A stretch of DNA of 57,749 nt, filler included, from Sphacelaria rigidula (GCA_964200075.2; 9 parts of 9 records of this genome joined end to end with filler, not necessarily neighbours in it); one strand, 5' to 3'. Shown: positions 26,654 through 38,568, numbered from the whole stretch's first letter. The notes: a model not told the origin generated them from the letters alone. Made by a program: numbers and translations.

Positions 26654-27290
26654 CTTATGTATTTGTTATACAACGGACAGGGGGAGGAAAGGGGGCGTTG
26701 GCTATAAGGGGAGCCAATGAGGAGAAGGTATTCCCTTCTTCGGTAATTTTGAAACCCACGATTGATTACACCAATCCTTCGAAAAACATAGATTGTCCGT
26801 ATTTCCGATCCCATCTGCCCTTCCGAGAATCCGGTTTTTCATCCGGATTCTCTTAGCTGTACTACTTACCCCTCATCGTATCAGGGAATACCAAAACGTT
26901 TGCGGAGACAGCTGAACAAATCTGTGTAGACTTCCCACCTACACCTCGAAAAACAGAGAAAAGACACTGAATTCAAATGGGGCACCACACATAGGATATC
27001 AGTACAACAAAAGAAAAAAAAACGCATACGCTGAAAAACAAAAAGAGGGAAAAAAGGAACATGCGCAACACATGCACATGATGTATATATCTATATAAAA
27101 GAGCAGGGTATATGTCTGCGACAATCCATCACAGCTACTGTCTTATAATAAAACTCATCCATAATTTCTACATGCATACACGAGATAACGAAATGCTCGC
27201 CAATACATCTTATTTTTGATTGTAGCAAAGCTCCATTCCAAGTATACATAATCCCATGCACCTGTAGAACGGTTCATTTATGTTACTTAC

Positions 27291-27483
27291 CGAATTCATT
27301 TGCATCTCCAGCAGCGCGTGCTGGCGAACAAGGTACTTGAGCGCGTCCGTGAACTGTAGCGCGTAGAGCAAGGCCAGTCCCGCCACGGTAGCCTCGATGT
27401 GATCTTTCCCCCACCACACCACGAAGGACCCGGCCAGCACAGCCACGGTTGCCCCCACCAACTGGATGCGGACGTTAAACCAC
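27291..27483 (-). CDS. ABCC: ABCC/MRP transporter, TMD2 exon (3rd visible exon)
   Basis: (R)WFNVRIQLVGA...VAGLALLYALQFTDALKYLVRQHALLEMQMNS. tgcag acceptor and GTAAGT donor; joining to the next exon gives the conserved MNSVERI. Confidence 0.93.
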
Positions 27484-27767
27484 CTGCAAAACGTACAACA
27501 TTCAGACATTCGGACAAATCAAATCACTACAGAGCTCAACTATGTGGACCATCTCGGTCTCGTTCAGACTCAGGACGCGTAAGGGAGAGGGTTGACGTGT
27601 TAGACACGTTTATGACGTTTCTGCCCTTTCAAACTCCCGGACCCCTAGACAACCTCCACAAGAGGTCATTTCCCACAACCGGCAGCTTGTTAGCGGTCTG
27701 GTTTCCAAGAAGAGACTCACTCTCTCTCTATTATAGTACTGTAAATCCGTGTGTGCTCCGCATTTTT

Positions 27768-27882
27768 GTGTGTTGTGTTGTTGTGTTGCCGTCCCATTTA
27801 TTCTGGACACCGGTCTACACCTTTCGAAATACGTGGGCGCACCAGCCGGGGTCACACAGGAGGAAGGTCAACACAAGAGTTT
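27768..27882 (-). mobile_element. SINE 3' fragment with (CAA/CA)n tail, inside an ABCC intron
   Basis: GTGTTGCCGTCCCATTTATTCTGGACACCGGTCTACACCTTTCG...CCAGCCGGGGTCACACAG matches the reverse complement of 40250-40340 and 38569-38640. Confidence 0.8.
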
Positions 27883-28319
27883 ATATTTTTTTTCCTAGTA
27901 CCACCGAGGCGACCGGCTGCATTATTACATTCACTAATCCACACTCTACAACTAGAGGCACCGACACAGCACCCCTACTACTGCAACCCACCCTCTGTCG
28001 GAGCACAGTGCTGTCCATGGCCAAAAACAAGATTGTGAAAATGCGGCAGAAAACGAGTGCACGCTAGGATAGATATATCCTGCGTTCCATGTGTTGTACC
28101 ACTCACCCGCTGCACGGGTGTTGGGGAGGGAGAAGCATGCCGAACATGTAAGCACTACAGACTGAGTTCTGGATATGAAGTGGAAAAACATGTACTCGAA
28201 ATGATAAATGACCTCTCAAAATACTGAACTTTCCACGACATGTCTTCGAATCTTGGTGGGTGAGGGGAGGGAGATTCATTCGTGATCTTAACGGCGCAGT
28301 TAGATGACCATTTACCTCG

Positions 28320-28720
28320 CATCGCTACGAAGCCGGGACGGAGCACACCGGGTTCTCGCCAAACCAAGCTCCCATTCAAACCACCAAGCGCAAAGCGCCG
28401 TGATGTGTTTGGCAAGTCGCATGAGGGGTGAGCGGCATGCTGCTAAGAGTTTCGGGCCCGAGGTATGATGAGTTTCTTGCATATATATGGATGACAGCCT
28501 CGAATAAGTTGCTTCATTTTTTGGCATTGCCACTTCCAGATACAGCCACGGGTTGCCCTGTATCATGGGTGTCGCAACATTTGAAAACGGCGTAGTACGA
28601 TCATCGCTTTCGCGAGGAGTTCGGATTCTCCCACCCCGCACAATATTATCCAACTCGACAAACATCATGGTAACAACGAAAAAACGTGAGCGAGAAAAAA
28701 ACGGCAACCTAGTTAACCTG
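28320..28720 (-). repeat. ~400-bp dispersed repeat, unclassified (also 54028-54405 + and partial 30705-30843 +)
   Basis: Colinear similarity in opposite orientation, e.g. AAGCCGGGACGGAGCAC vs GTGCTCCGTCCCGGCTT, CCACTTCCAGA.ACAGCCACGGGTT, and TTCTCCCACCCCGCACAATAT. Confidence 0.85.
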
Positions 28721-29123
28721 TCAGTGGTATGTTTTACAGCGTCGTTGCCAACCGACGCCAATCCTTAAAAGGAAGACGGGGGTGGGGTGGGGTAGGGGGC
28801 TTGAAGAGGCATATCGATCTGTACGACTCAAGACAACAGCACGACCTACCCGACCTACCCTAGCTCCCCGACCGGCACAAGATGGAACATGACCGCAGAC
28901 AGAACCAAGACCATGTTCCAGGGTGATGAGAGTACTGCAGGGCAACCAGCATGATGAGTCAGCATGTGTACCCACTGGTACGAACGCTAGTGGAGTGCGG
29001 AGATGCACATAATATCATCACTTCAATTCAAACACAGTGGACGGACATCTTCGAGGCTTATTTGGATCCTTTCACACGCGAAACGAGTTTCGTCAAACAA
29101 CTTCCTTTATTTCACCGAGCGAA

Positions 29124-29208
29124 CAAAATGGAGGGGGGGTGTACTCATGATCATGCATGCCATAGTCATAAGACCATTGATCTCGCAAAATGGAGGGGGG
29201 GGGGGGGG
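29124..29208 (+). repeat. G-tract-flanked short dispersed element, subfamily B (other copies: 6261-6328 +, 53903-53970 -, partial 51430-51478 - and 54415-54434 -)
   Basis: Core GGGGTGTACTCATGATCATGCATGCCATAGTCATAAGACCATTGA. This copy is flanked by the direct repeat CAAAATGGAGGGGGGG (29124-29139 and 29186-29201). Confidence 0.85.
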
Positions 29209-29356
29209 AGGGGAAGGAGTTGAACAAACCACCTCCAAACTCATGTATATTCCTTTCACCAAGCTTTGCTGTTACAGCCGTATCGAGTCCCTAAAAGAAT
29301 CCGTGAAGCTACTAAAAATAGCATAGCTAGCTTCTCCATATCCAGCTGTCACGTAC

Positions 29357-29452
29357 CTGTTGCTGATCCACAGATTGAAGTGCGCCCGGTTGCAGGCATC
29401 CACACGACGGAAACTCTCTTGCACAAATCTCTCCTGGGCAGCAAACGCACGA
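29357..29452 (-). CDS. ABCC: ABCC/MRP transporter, TMD2 exon (2nd visible exon)
   Basis: (I)RAFAAQERFVQESFRRVDACNRAHFNLWISN(R). CAG acceptor, GTACGT donor, phase 2/2; the splices rebuild the conserved STIRAF and NRW. Confidence 0.92.
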
Positions 29453-29517
29453 CTGGACGTACATGTGAAAGAAATTAAAAAAACAGCAAAAACATACATC
29501 GCAAGGAGTGAGCGATG

Positions 29518-29576
<59 letters not shown>

Positions 29577-30306
29577 TGTGTGTGTGAAGGGGTGCGGAAT
29601 GTGTTACACAGAAATGCGAAATTGCGTTTCACGGTGTCAGTCGGGCAGAAGCACGGCTAGGAAATTAATCGAGAGAAAACAGCACATGAAGCGCGCGGGG
29701 CGAAAGCTCAACCCAATGAACCGCACGATCGAACAACGTGGAAAATAATCAACCAACAACCCCAACACCCCACCATGTAGTGTCAAGTTGTTGCTCCTTG
29801 CGGCGTCTCTGACGAACACTCCGTTGTTTTGAGCCTTCTGCGTTTGAGTTACAGTATATCTCCAGGTTCAGACCACGTACAGCAGTGTTTCCATAGAGTG
29901 TATGGATACTGTTACTTTTGTATAGCAGCCGCACTTCATTCAAACCCATGTAGAGTGATGCTACGGTAGGGGTGCAAAAATATTTTCTGTGGTTAGAATT
30001 GTTAGAAGCCCTTTATCTCATGCAAAACACGACCTATGCAAATATGTGAAAGTACACCAGGATTACTACTCCAATGTGCTGGGGATATCACGAATGAATT
30101 TGCAAACGGGGATGCCCTGAACCATATTTTTGGGCATCTTGAATCATTAGGAGCCCCTGAACTCGACATAATTTCGCGAAAAAGTGCACCCCTACCGTAG
30201 CGTTGCTCTGTAAACAACCGTTGGGAAAAAAAAAATCGCTTTCCGTCCGTTTCCCCGTCCCATGCACGCCTCGCTCAGTCATTGTGATTACGGCTCCTCT
30301 TCTCAC

Positions 30307-30467
30307 ATGGTCGAAACGCCGTTCACTGACTCCGCGAAGTGCGCATAAATAGGAGACTTGGACACGCTGTCTAAGCGCTTCAGCTCCCGGCTGGCGTTGA
30401 GGTAACGCTTTCCGAGGACGAACGCCACGCCAGAGATTGGCACCAGGGCGATCGTGAGGAAGGGCAC
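30307..30467 (-). CDS. ABCC: ABCC/MRP transporter, TMD2 exon (1st visible exon)
   Basis: VPFLTIALVPI...RYLNASRELKRLDSVSKSPIYAHFAESVNGVST is the ABCC TMD2 signature. CAG acceptor and GTGAGA donor. Confidence 0.93.
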
Positions 30468-32140
30468 CTGCTCCGGAAAGTAGAGGGAAATGAATATTTG
30501 AATTAGCAAAAAAAAAAGAAGCACAGTGGCGAAAGCGCATGAACGGCATGCTTGGTACACGCATACACACACACGTGCACACAACAAGCATTGTTGCTGT
30601 TGCTGGTTGTGTTGACGGTTGGTGACAGAGCACGGTATGAGGTATTGTATCATTCATGTACGGATAAAACACGCCACTCACTGCGTAAGCTAGACAATCA
30701 GGTCACCGGGATTCTTTGCGTGCTTACGTTTTTTTTGTTGTTGCGATAACCATGATGGCAGTCGAGCTAGCTCATGTTGTGCGGTGTGGGATAACCTCAA
30801 CACCGCACAATGGGGATGATCGTACCACGTAGTGTGTACAACGTGCAGAAAACGGCCGCATACTAAATTATTGCGCATCGTACGGGAGACCGATAAAGCT
30901 CTGAAAATTGCTCGTTACCCCACGTCGCTGGCGATGGAACATCACTTATACCACATAGCATGTCTCGTATGTCATCGAGTACCGTACATTTTCGCACGAC
31001 CGTTATCATCGTTCACAGGCCATGTCATGCAGAACGAACAAGAAATCGGTGGCTTCTGGATATTGAAAAAAACAATGGCAACAACAACCAAGAGTACATT
31101 TTGTTATGGGGGTGAACGAGGGCCTTAACTACGAAAAAAGCCCAGCCAGAAAAAAAAAAGGGAACAGCGCGGAGGAATAGTGAGTAGTGGACGCCATCAG
31201 CTGTTCCGAGCTGTTTAGAGTAAGACACACGCTTCGTCCCCTATTCACTTGGTTATAGTATACGACGACCGCAGTACTTCCATCGCGTTTCTCTCGGCAC
31301 AGGGAGCAAGTCGGTCTGTGGCACTTGACAGCCCTCCCCACACACGCAAAAGCTAGGGATTGATCAAATGGCTTTGCTCAAATCGCCACAGCCGATCCAA
31401 AAGCCCAAAAAGCAGAAGAAAAAAAAAATGGTAGCATGCAGCGTTTGTGAGACGAGCGAAGGAAACCTATTTTGGGGTTTCCTAGTTTGGGTGTGTGGGA
31501 AGCACACCCAACAAACCGCAGTGCGATGCTCTGCTTGGTTGCCGAGAAACCTGCGTTGAAAGATTGGCACAACAAAATAGTGAAACAAGAGGGGCACAAC
31601 AACGACACGTGCAGTAGCTTTTATCCTCCTGTTGATGTGACCCTGTGTGCAGACGTGCAGCAACGTCAGTCCCAGGCTTGTTACAGAAAGGTACTGTTTT
31701 TTTAGAACCTTTCATATGGGCCAGGTCGTTATTTCCACATGGCGCGTGTACTTGTGATCGATGACTGATTGATTCACTTAGGCTTCATTTCTTCTGTAGG
31801 CAGGTGTCAATAGAGAGCTTCGGAAACACGAATCAGAACCCAGGGATAAGGAAAAACTCAGGGATTATTAAGAAAGTTGGGATTTAAGGCCAGGATATGA
31901 CGAATTCCCCTAGGTAAACCCCGAAAACGGAAGCCTGAGAAGAGACATGCTCAGCAACTCAGGTTTAATTTTCAAATTTTCAAAAAAAAACTGAGCTGCT
32001 AGACACCCCAAAGCGTTGGTGCCAAACTCAGGGCTATGAANNNNNNNNNNNNNNNNNNNNNNNNNNNNNNNNNNNNNNNNNNNNTTAATTAATTAANNNN
32101 NNNNNNNNNNNNNNNNNNNNNNNNNNNNNNNNNNNNNNNN

Positions 32141-32209
32141 GAATCGAACCCCCCAACTCAACCATCAGAAGGTTACGAGGTTACCAACTGAGCCACCGGG
32201 GCGACCGGC
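32141..32209 (-). mobile_element. tRNA-derived SINE head at contig start
   Basis: The reverse complement carries A box TGGCTCAGTTGG and B box GGTTCGATTC. Confidence 0.85.
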
Positions 32210-33113
32210 TATTCATCCTGTAATTGGGCAAAGGAAGGACTTATTTACGGACAGCCTCTGCTGTTCGAGTCCCACATACGAGTGTGTGTTCACACGATCG
32301 CGCTATACAGCTTTATCCGGTGGGTAGCTGGTGCGCGGAGTGGAAATACCTCGCTATTCTATTAATACAGGTTCTCAAAACCCCGTAGTCCATGGTCGAC
32401 GAATCGAACGAAAACCGCAAAACATTTTTTTCATGCATGTACTTTGATATGACGAGCACAACGAGAATAGGCAAGCGGTTTGGTGCTGTACATAGTGGAC
32501 TGTACAATATACCGTACAGGACAGTACTCTATAACGTGCTTATCCATGTACGGTGCAAAATACTGCAGAGTAAGCGTGGCATATGGGCTACGTATGGCTA
32601 TACAGAGTGGATATGCCTGTAGCTTTGCGCACATGGGGGTGTTATATACCGTCAGCTACTGCAGTATAGACCACGACGCATGTTCTTGCAGCATGCGCAC
32701 AACCGCTGTCAGTAGGGCGTGAGAGGGAAGCGGACAAAGTACAGTACAGACAGCGCAGGACTATATATGTTTTCTGTTCACAGTGAGCCGTGCAAATGAC
32801 TTGAACAGCGTGCGCAGATTTGTCTATGGCTGCACTGTCCATGATGACTCGAGTGTGTAGGCAGTATAAGCCGGTCATTCCCCGCACCCTATGTACCCCG
32901 CGTGCTTCCGCCGCCGCGCCTGTGCCCAACCCGTGCTCTTTTCTGCAGGGTTGTGGTGGTAGCTTGAAATAAGTGTTGTGCGGGGTTTGCATGGTTCGAT
33001 CTATGAACGCGGCGGGTGATGCAGTACGACAAGATTGCTGGGGTATTCATTTCACAGCAGCAGCGATATGGTCATGTATATATCGGACTGATTCGGGAGA
33101 CTCGAGGAGTAGT

Positions 33114-33437
33114 AGTCACTGGAGCATCAGATACCCTCCAGAGGATTCGTTAATGTCCATTCGAGAGGAATGAAGCACCCGTTCAGGGTATTCGGACCTC
33201 AGAAGTCACTGGAGCATCCGATGCCCTCCAGAGGATTCATTGATATCCATTCCAGAGAGATGAAACGCCTCTAGAGGGTATTCAGACCTCAGAAGTCACT
33301 GGAGCATTAGATGCCCTCCACAGGATTCGTTGATGTCCATTCCAGAGGGATGAAACACCTCTAGAAGGTATTTTACCCTCCAGAGGATGAAAACCACGAT
33401 AGAGGATTTCCAAACAGGAGCCGAATGGCCGCGTGTG
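33114..33437. repeat. Three 90-bp tandem units ending in an ATGGCCGCGTGTG terminus; truncated relative of 35861-36192
   Basis: AGTCACTGGAGCAT occurs at 33114, 33204 and 33294, with repeated CCTCCAGAGG. The terminal 13 bp are the same as 36180-36192. Confidence 0.85.
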
Positions 33438-33620
33438 CACCCGTGTTCCGTAATTAGAGCTATGTATGCCAAATGAATTCACGTCATATTTTTACTTTTC
33501 CCGTCGTCATTCACGACCCAGAAAGCCTTCGGACGGTTTCCTTACATAAGACGTACAGAAGATCAGATCGCCCCCCACCTTGGCAGTTCGGTGAGTATTG
33601 GTGCTCCCGATGGAAATAAT

Positions 33621-35743
33621 TAGGGTCTTTTTACGTTACACGTTACACGTTACAAACGTACGTCACAAGGGTGTGACTAAACGTAACGTATGATTTTCGA
33701 ATACGTCACAAATGTGACGTAATGTAACGCGCCGGTGAAAAATGTGACGTTACGTAACGTTCAATTTTTCAATACGTCACGTCAGTCTGAGACTATTGTC
33801 GTATTCTCTCTTTTCTAGATCTTTTACGACAGACCTGCTGTCTTTCAGAACCGTGTTGAAGCCGTCGGCGACAGGCTGAAGCCAGTGGCAAAGCAGAGCG
33901 CGCTCCACGCTCCACGGCGTGGTGTGAAAGCTATGGCCCGCCGAAATTGGGCGGCCATCGACTACAGACATGTGTACTTCCGGGAGGACGTAGAAATGGG
34001 GAATGCTCTTCTCTTTATTTCGAGCGTCCTTCACGCACTTCAACATCCACATAATTGTATCTCGGCACGGATGATTCCTCTACTGAAATTTCTTGTTCAG
34101 TGCTTCGAACAGTCCCACAATAAAACTGTTATTTTGGGTGACGTGACGTATTTTTCTTCATACGTCACAGTAACGTATTTTGAAACGTTTCCCGTAACGT
34201 GTAACGTATCAGATACGTTACACGTCACAAAATACGTCGCACGTCACACAATACGTCACACGTCACATTCTTGTGCGTTTGTGACGTCTGAATGAACGTC
34301 ACGGCCGTCACACGCTCAACCTGTGCCACAATTAGTGTGAGATTAGCATATGTGGTACTCGCATGATATGATACACGGGTTCACGAAGAGTGTGCATACG
34401 TCATCATAATACGCAGGCGATGTAAGCGCAAGTTCAGCGCCCGGCAGCATGCACCGCCATACCACACTCAACCATAGTATGCATTATTTTCAGTCGCCGT
34501 GTGTCGTTTTACTTATTGGTGACACCTGTATCAAAATATGGACTACGAAGTAATCAGAGACCTTGTGCCTTTGAAGAGGAGCGAAGAATGACTCGAGCTT
34601 GTGATCTCGTTGACAAATTCGGTGGCTCCACTACTGTCCGGTAGTTTTGTTCTTCATTTCGTTGATTTTGCTTTGCTTTCTTACGTTGGGGTTGTTTTGT
34701 TTTCTGTTTTTCCGCCGTCCGTCTCTGTTCGAAAGGTTTTGTGTAAGTTTTTTTCTCTATTCTTGGCAGAATGAGTCATGATTTGTCTCTACCTTCATGA
34801 TGTCCGCCCTGCGAACGCGGCTGGATTCGTACCGGATCATCAGTTCATGTGTATTATATATAATGTAGATCTTTTTCACACACGCCCTGCTGAGAGAGCA
34901 AATTATCGTAATAGTATAGAATCGGATTGCTATTTGTTGGGAGTCCTACAAAACGCCAACCGACTACCAGGTATCACTAACGTATGATCTGTACATACTT
35001 GCGTTTGTATGTGTAAATCATGGCCTACACCCATCTTGGTATCTCACTGTCTGATCATCGTGCATCAATCACGTACTCGTGTATCTCCTTGAAATTTCAA
35101 CGTGTGAGTCAGGGACGCATGAGCGATACACTAGCTGAAACGCATTCTTACATGTCAACATCGCGAGCAGAACACGCCTCATGCTCGTACAAGGCAGCCA
35201 CCGTGAATCTCCCGTACCAGGTTGCGGTACATGAAACCTTACAACGTCGTACATAGCGTTCATTTACCCTCAAGACGTTCGAAGGTTGACGTTTCATTCT
35301 ATGTTACACGTCACAAACGTAACGTATCTTATTCGTTACACGTCACAATAACGTTCCAGGCTACGCTACACGTCACAAATGTACCTTGTATTTTTCGTTA
35401 CACGTCACAAAAACGTTCCAAAATACGTTGCACGTCACAAACATAACGTTTCAAAATACGTTACACGACGTGTAACGTTTATCGTGACGTGTAACGTTTG
35501 TTGTGACGTGTAACGTTCATTATGACGTGTAACGTTTCAAAATGCGTTACTGTGACGTAACGTAACGTATAACTTTTTAATACATCACAAGAATGACGTA
35601 ACGTACCCGTACAAAAATGTGACGTGACGTAACGTATAATGTTTCATACCTCACAAAGTGTGACGAGACGCAACGTATAGATTTTCATACGTCACATTTG
35701 TGACGTAACGTGTAACGTGTAGCGTGTAGCGTAAAGAGCCCTG
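33621..35743. mobile_element. 2123-bp non-autonomous hAT-like DNA transposon with dense subterminal repeats
   Basis: Termini are TAGGGTCTTTTTACGTTACACGTTACACG and CGTGTAGCGTGTAGCGTAAAGAGCCCTG. The 8-bp flanks GAAATAAT and GAAACAAT match at 7/8. ACGTCACA/CGTAACGT motif clusters lie at 33630-33780, 34136-34312 and 35296-35730. No transposase ORF. Confidence 0.8.
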
Positions 35744-35860
35744 GAAACAATGAAGTGAAGATACCCCAACTTCTTATGACTCGACAGGGCAATAACCCCT
35801 GCCGTAGCGTAGGGAACGTACGGCGAGAGCAAAACACCCATGAAAATGCTTCAGAACATG

Positions 35861-36192
35861 CACACGCGGCGATTTGGCTACCTCAAAAATTCCTCCAGTT
35901 GGGTAAACTTTTCGAGCCTCCAGAGGAATAATACGCCTCCGGAGGGCCGCACACCCCCCCGGAGAAGATTTTTGGTTTCCTCCAGAAGAATTAAACACCT
36001 CCAGAGGCATATTTTCGCCTCTGGAGGGCCGCGCATACCCCCAAATTCCTCCCGGGGGGTGCGCGGCCCCCCGGGTCGGTAGAGTTTGGTTTCCTCCAGA
36101 GGGATTAAAGGCCTCCGGAGGCTTGTTTTTCCCCTGGAGGGCCGCGCAACCCTCCAGAGGCATTTTGGGGTGTATCCAGATGGCCGCGTGTG
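35861..36192. mobile_element. 332-bp MITE with CACACGCGGC...GCCGCGTGTG TIRs and internal CCTCCAGAGG repeats
   Basis: Imperfect ~40-bp TIRs (CACACGCGGCGATTTGGCTAC vs reverse complement CACACGCGGCCATCTGGATAC); possible 2-bp TG TSD. Confidence 0.7.
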
Positions 36193-36475
36193 TGTGGTAC
36201 TGTCGCTGTGTCGTGGACTGTACGTGTCACGAAAAATATCAACGACCGTCTTGTGCGGGCGGGTATTGTCCTATTGGCCACGCCCGTCCTCTCTCCATGT
36301 TTCAATACCCCCGGTGCCAGCAGTCCAGTTCTTGTCCGCACTCAACCCCACCGCCCCCTCCCCCTCCGCCTCCGCCTTCGCCCGCCCGCCGTATCATGTT
36401 ATGTTCACTGCTGTCTGGTGAAATCGGGGAATGCATGGATCGATTCAATAAACGCCTTCAACGCGGCGGTTTCAG

Positions 36476-36698
36476 TAATTTTGATGAGGTTTGCCCAACC
36501 TGCTTGCAGGCCAAGGGCCCCACAAGCGTGCGTGCTCGCGCCGAGGCAAATACGGACCCCGCTGAACTCGAGATTTACGGTGGCGGTAGCTGGCCCCTCC
36601 TCAGCTCTTACGAGGCGGGTGAATCGTTGCCCAACGGTAACTTATTCGAGCCGGACGCCATTTCGGTTCGCCACGGCATTTGTGGTGACCCTGGGCAG
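36476..36698 (+). CDS. Exon of a putative lytic polysaccharide monooxygenase (AA15 / LPMO_10-like) protein
   Basis: tttcag acceptor and CAG|GTGGGG donor. The peptide NFDEVCPTCLQAKGPTSV...SWPLL...VRHGICGDPGQ has the CPxCL and GxCGDP motifs I associate with algal AA15-like LPMOs. An alternative acceptor is possible at 36509. Confidence 0.6.
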
Positions 36699-36984
36699 GT
36701 GGGGAGAAAAAAACAGTACTTGCACGTCAACGAACGAAAACACATTTCGAACCACCTGCGAAAACAGTCACCGCTGCGAACTCTCCCTTTTTTTCCTGTT
36801 CTCAGAGCGATCTGCCTAGAGTGTCCGCCGTCCAGATTTTTTGTTTCTCGAACCCGAGGCTCAACCCGGAAATGTTGGAGTCAAGTCAGCAACTTCATTG
36901 CGAACAGCTCTGTGTGCCTACAGCGCCGAGCGAAAATATTTCCGTTAACAGGATCCTGAGAAATGGGATCGGAACATGAAAATG

Positions 36985-37341
36985 AGTTCCAACTCGAAAA
37001 TAGAAAATAGTGCTTCCCCTTACCTCAAGTCCTGATGAAGTGCTTTCATATGTATGGCCTCATGCCCCCCTACCCCCCTGAAACTATTCGTGGGGGTACC
37101 GCTTTTCGTTCTCTCGAAGGGTATGTGCGAGAATACGAATTTGTCTCGATTTCAGGTTGGAAAACGAGGCGCTTCCTAGCCTGGAAATGGCGCCTTCTCA
37201 CATACCGTTTGGGGGAACGGAAGAAGAGGGGAAACCCCCAAGACATATTTTGGAGAACTCTTGTGGCATGGAGTCGTCCATATTCAAGTCGTCGTGTGTC
37301 ATGACTTCAGGTCAGGGGAAACACTGTTCTGGAGTTGAACC
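36985..37341. mobile_element. ~355-bp degenerate fold-back element
   Basis: Outer arms AACTC..AGTGCTTCCCCT and AGGGGAAACACT..GAGTT; inner arms GAAGGGTATGTGCGAGAA and TTCTCACATACCGTTT. Homologous to 6429-6660. Confidence 0.6.
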
Positions 37342-38397
37342 AAGGGCCTGTCGAGAGAAACAAATCGGACACGGACCCCCACCCCCCCATGCTCCGTCTC
37401 GAAAGGGAAACGACCAAGGCAAGCAACAAATGAGTACGCCCCCCACCTCCCGGAGAACATATTTTAGAAAGTGTCATCATTTTCGTGATTTTTTTTGTTT
37501 TTTTATGTTTTTTTTTTCTTCTTGTTGAAATTATTGAAGAAATCGATCAACAAACACCGACAAAAACGAAAGTCTGGCGGGCTCTGCGAGGTTCGTATAG
37601 TTGCTTCTGCTCCTTGCTCGCCCTGTCTCGATGACCTCGGATGCCGGCAACGTTCACACACATTTACAGCATGTAAATGCAAGAGCGCACGGTAGCGACA
37701 ACTTGTAGGTAATGTAGCAACATTATCTCACGCCTCGCCAAATTTGCCTGCACCACTAGTGATCGGTAGTCGAGGCACACGACACGGGACATGATCCCAT
37801 AAATGTTATCATGGTAGGTGATGAGCTTGGAGAGGCGGTGGGTTGGTCATCTCAGCGGTCTCGACGCCAAGAATCTCTGTACACGGCAGCTGACCGCATC
37901 CCCCAACGCCTCGGCAGTAAACCAGGGGATAGCAGTCTGGGTGTCCCCCCCCTTTCCCCCCCCCAAAAACTCGAATTTTCGATCTTGGGGCCTACGTGTC
38001 CCGAAATATATTTTTGACAGACCCTTGGTTGAACCTCTATTACATGTTGAAGCCCATGTCTCAGGATCCTCTGTTCATTGATGACAAGCAGATGTTATGG
38101 TAATTGAAGGAAGTGGCACCGATAAGGTACCGTGGCGCTGTGTACATCAGATGCCGGAGAAGATGAACGTTGGATATGACTCTTGGTCGGCTGCCGTGGC
38201 TCGTCAGCTTGTTGGAAGATACAGATAAACAACGTGTTCTGGATAGTCGATGGGAGATGCAGTATGGCTGATGTCTGCTGCACATCGAATATTCATGTGC
38301 ACAACGAAGAGTGTTACAGGAACGTTCGTTGGATGGAGGATCTCTGCTCTTTGGTTATTGTATTATGATTTGATGTGGACATAATTTCTGCGTAAAA

Positions 38398-38468
38398 CAG
38401 GGTTGCCAGAAAAATGAGAAGGTATTTTGAAATGAGAATCCACCGCTCCCCGGGATTGTGTCCATTTT
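38398..38468 (+). mobile_element. Left end of a hAT-like element (CAGGGTTGCCAG...), cut by the contig end; second copy at 51262-51322
   Basis: Two contigs end in near-identical CAGGGTTGCCAGAAAAATGAGAA(G/C)GTATTTTGAAATGAG. Similarity starts essentially at CAGGG, a typical hAT terminus. Confidence 0.65.
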
Positions 38469-38568
38469 NNNNNNNNNNNNNNNNNNNNNNNNNNNNNNNN
38501 NNNNNNNNNNNNTTAATTAATTAANNNNNNNNNNNNNNNNNNNNNNNNNNNNNNNNNNNNNNNNNNNN

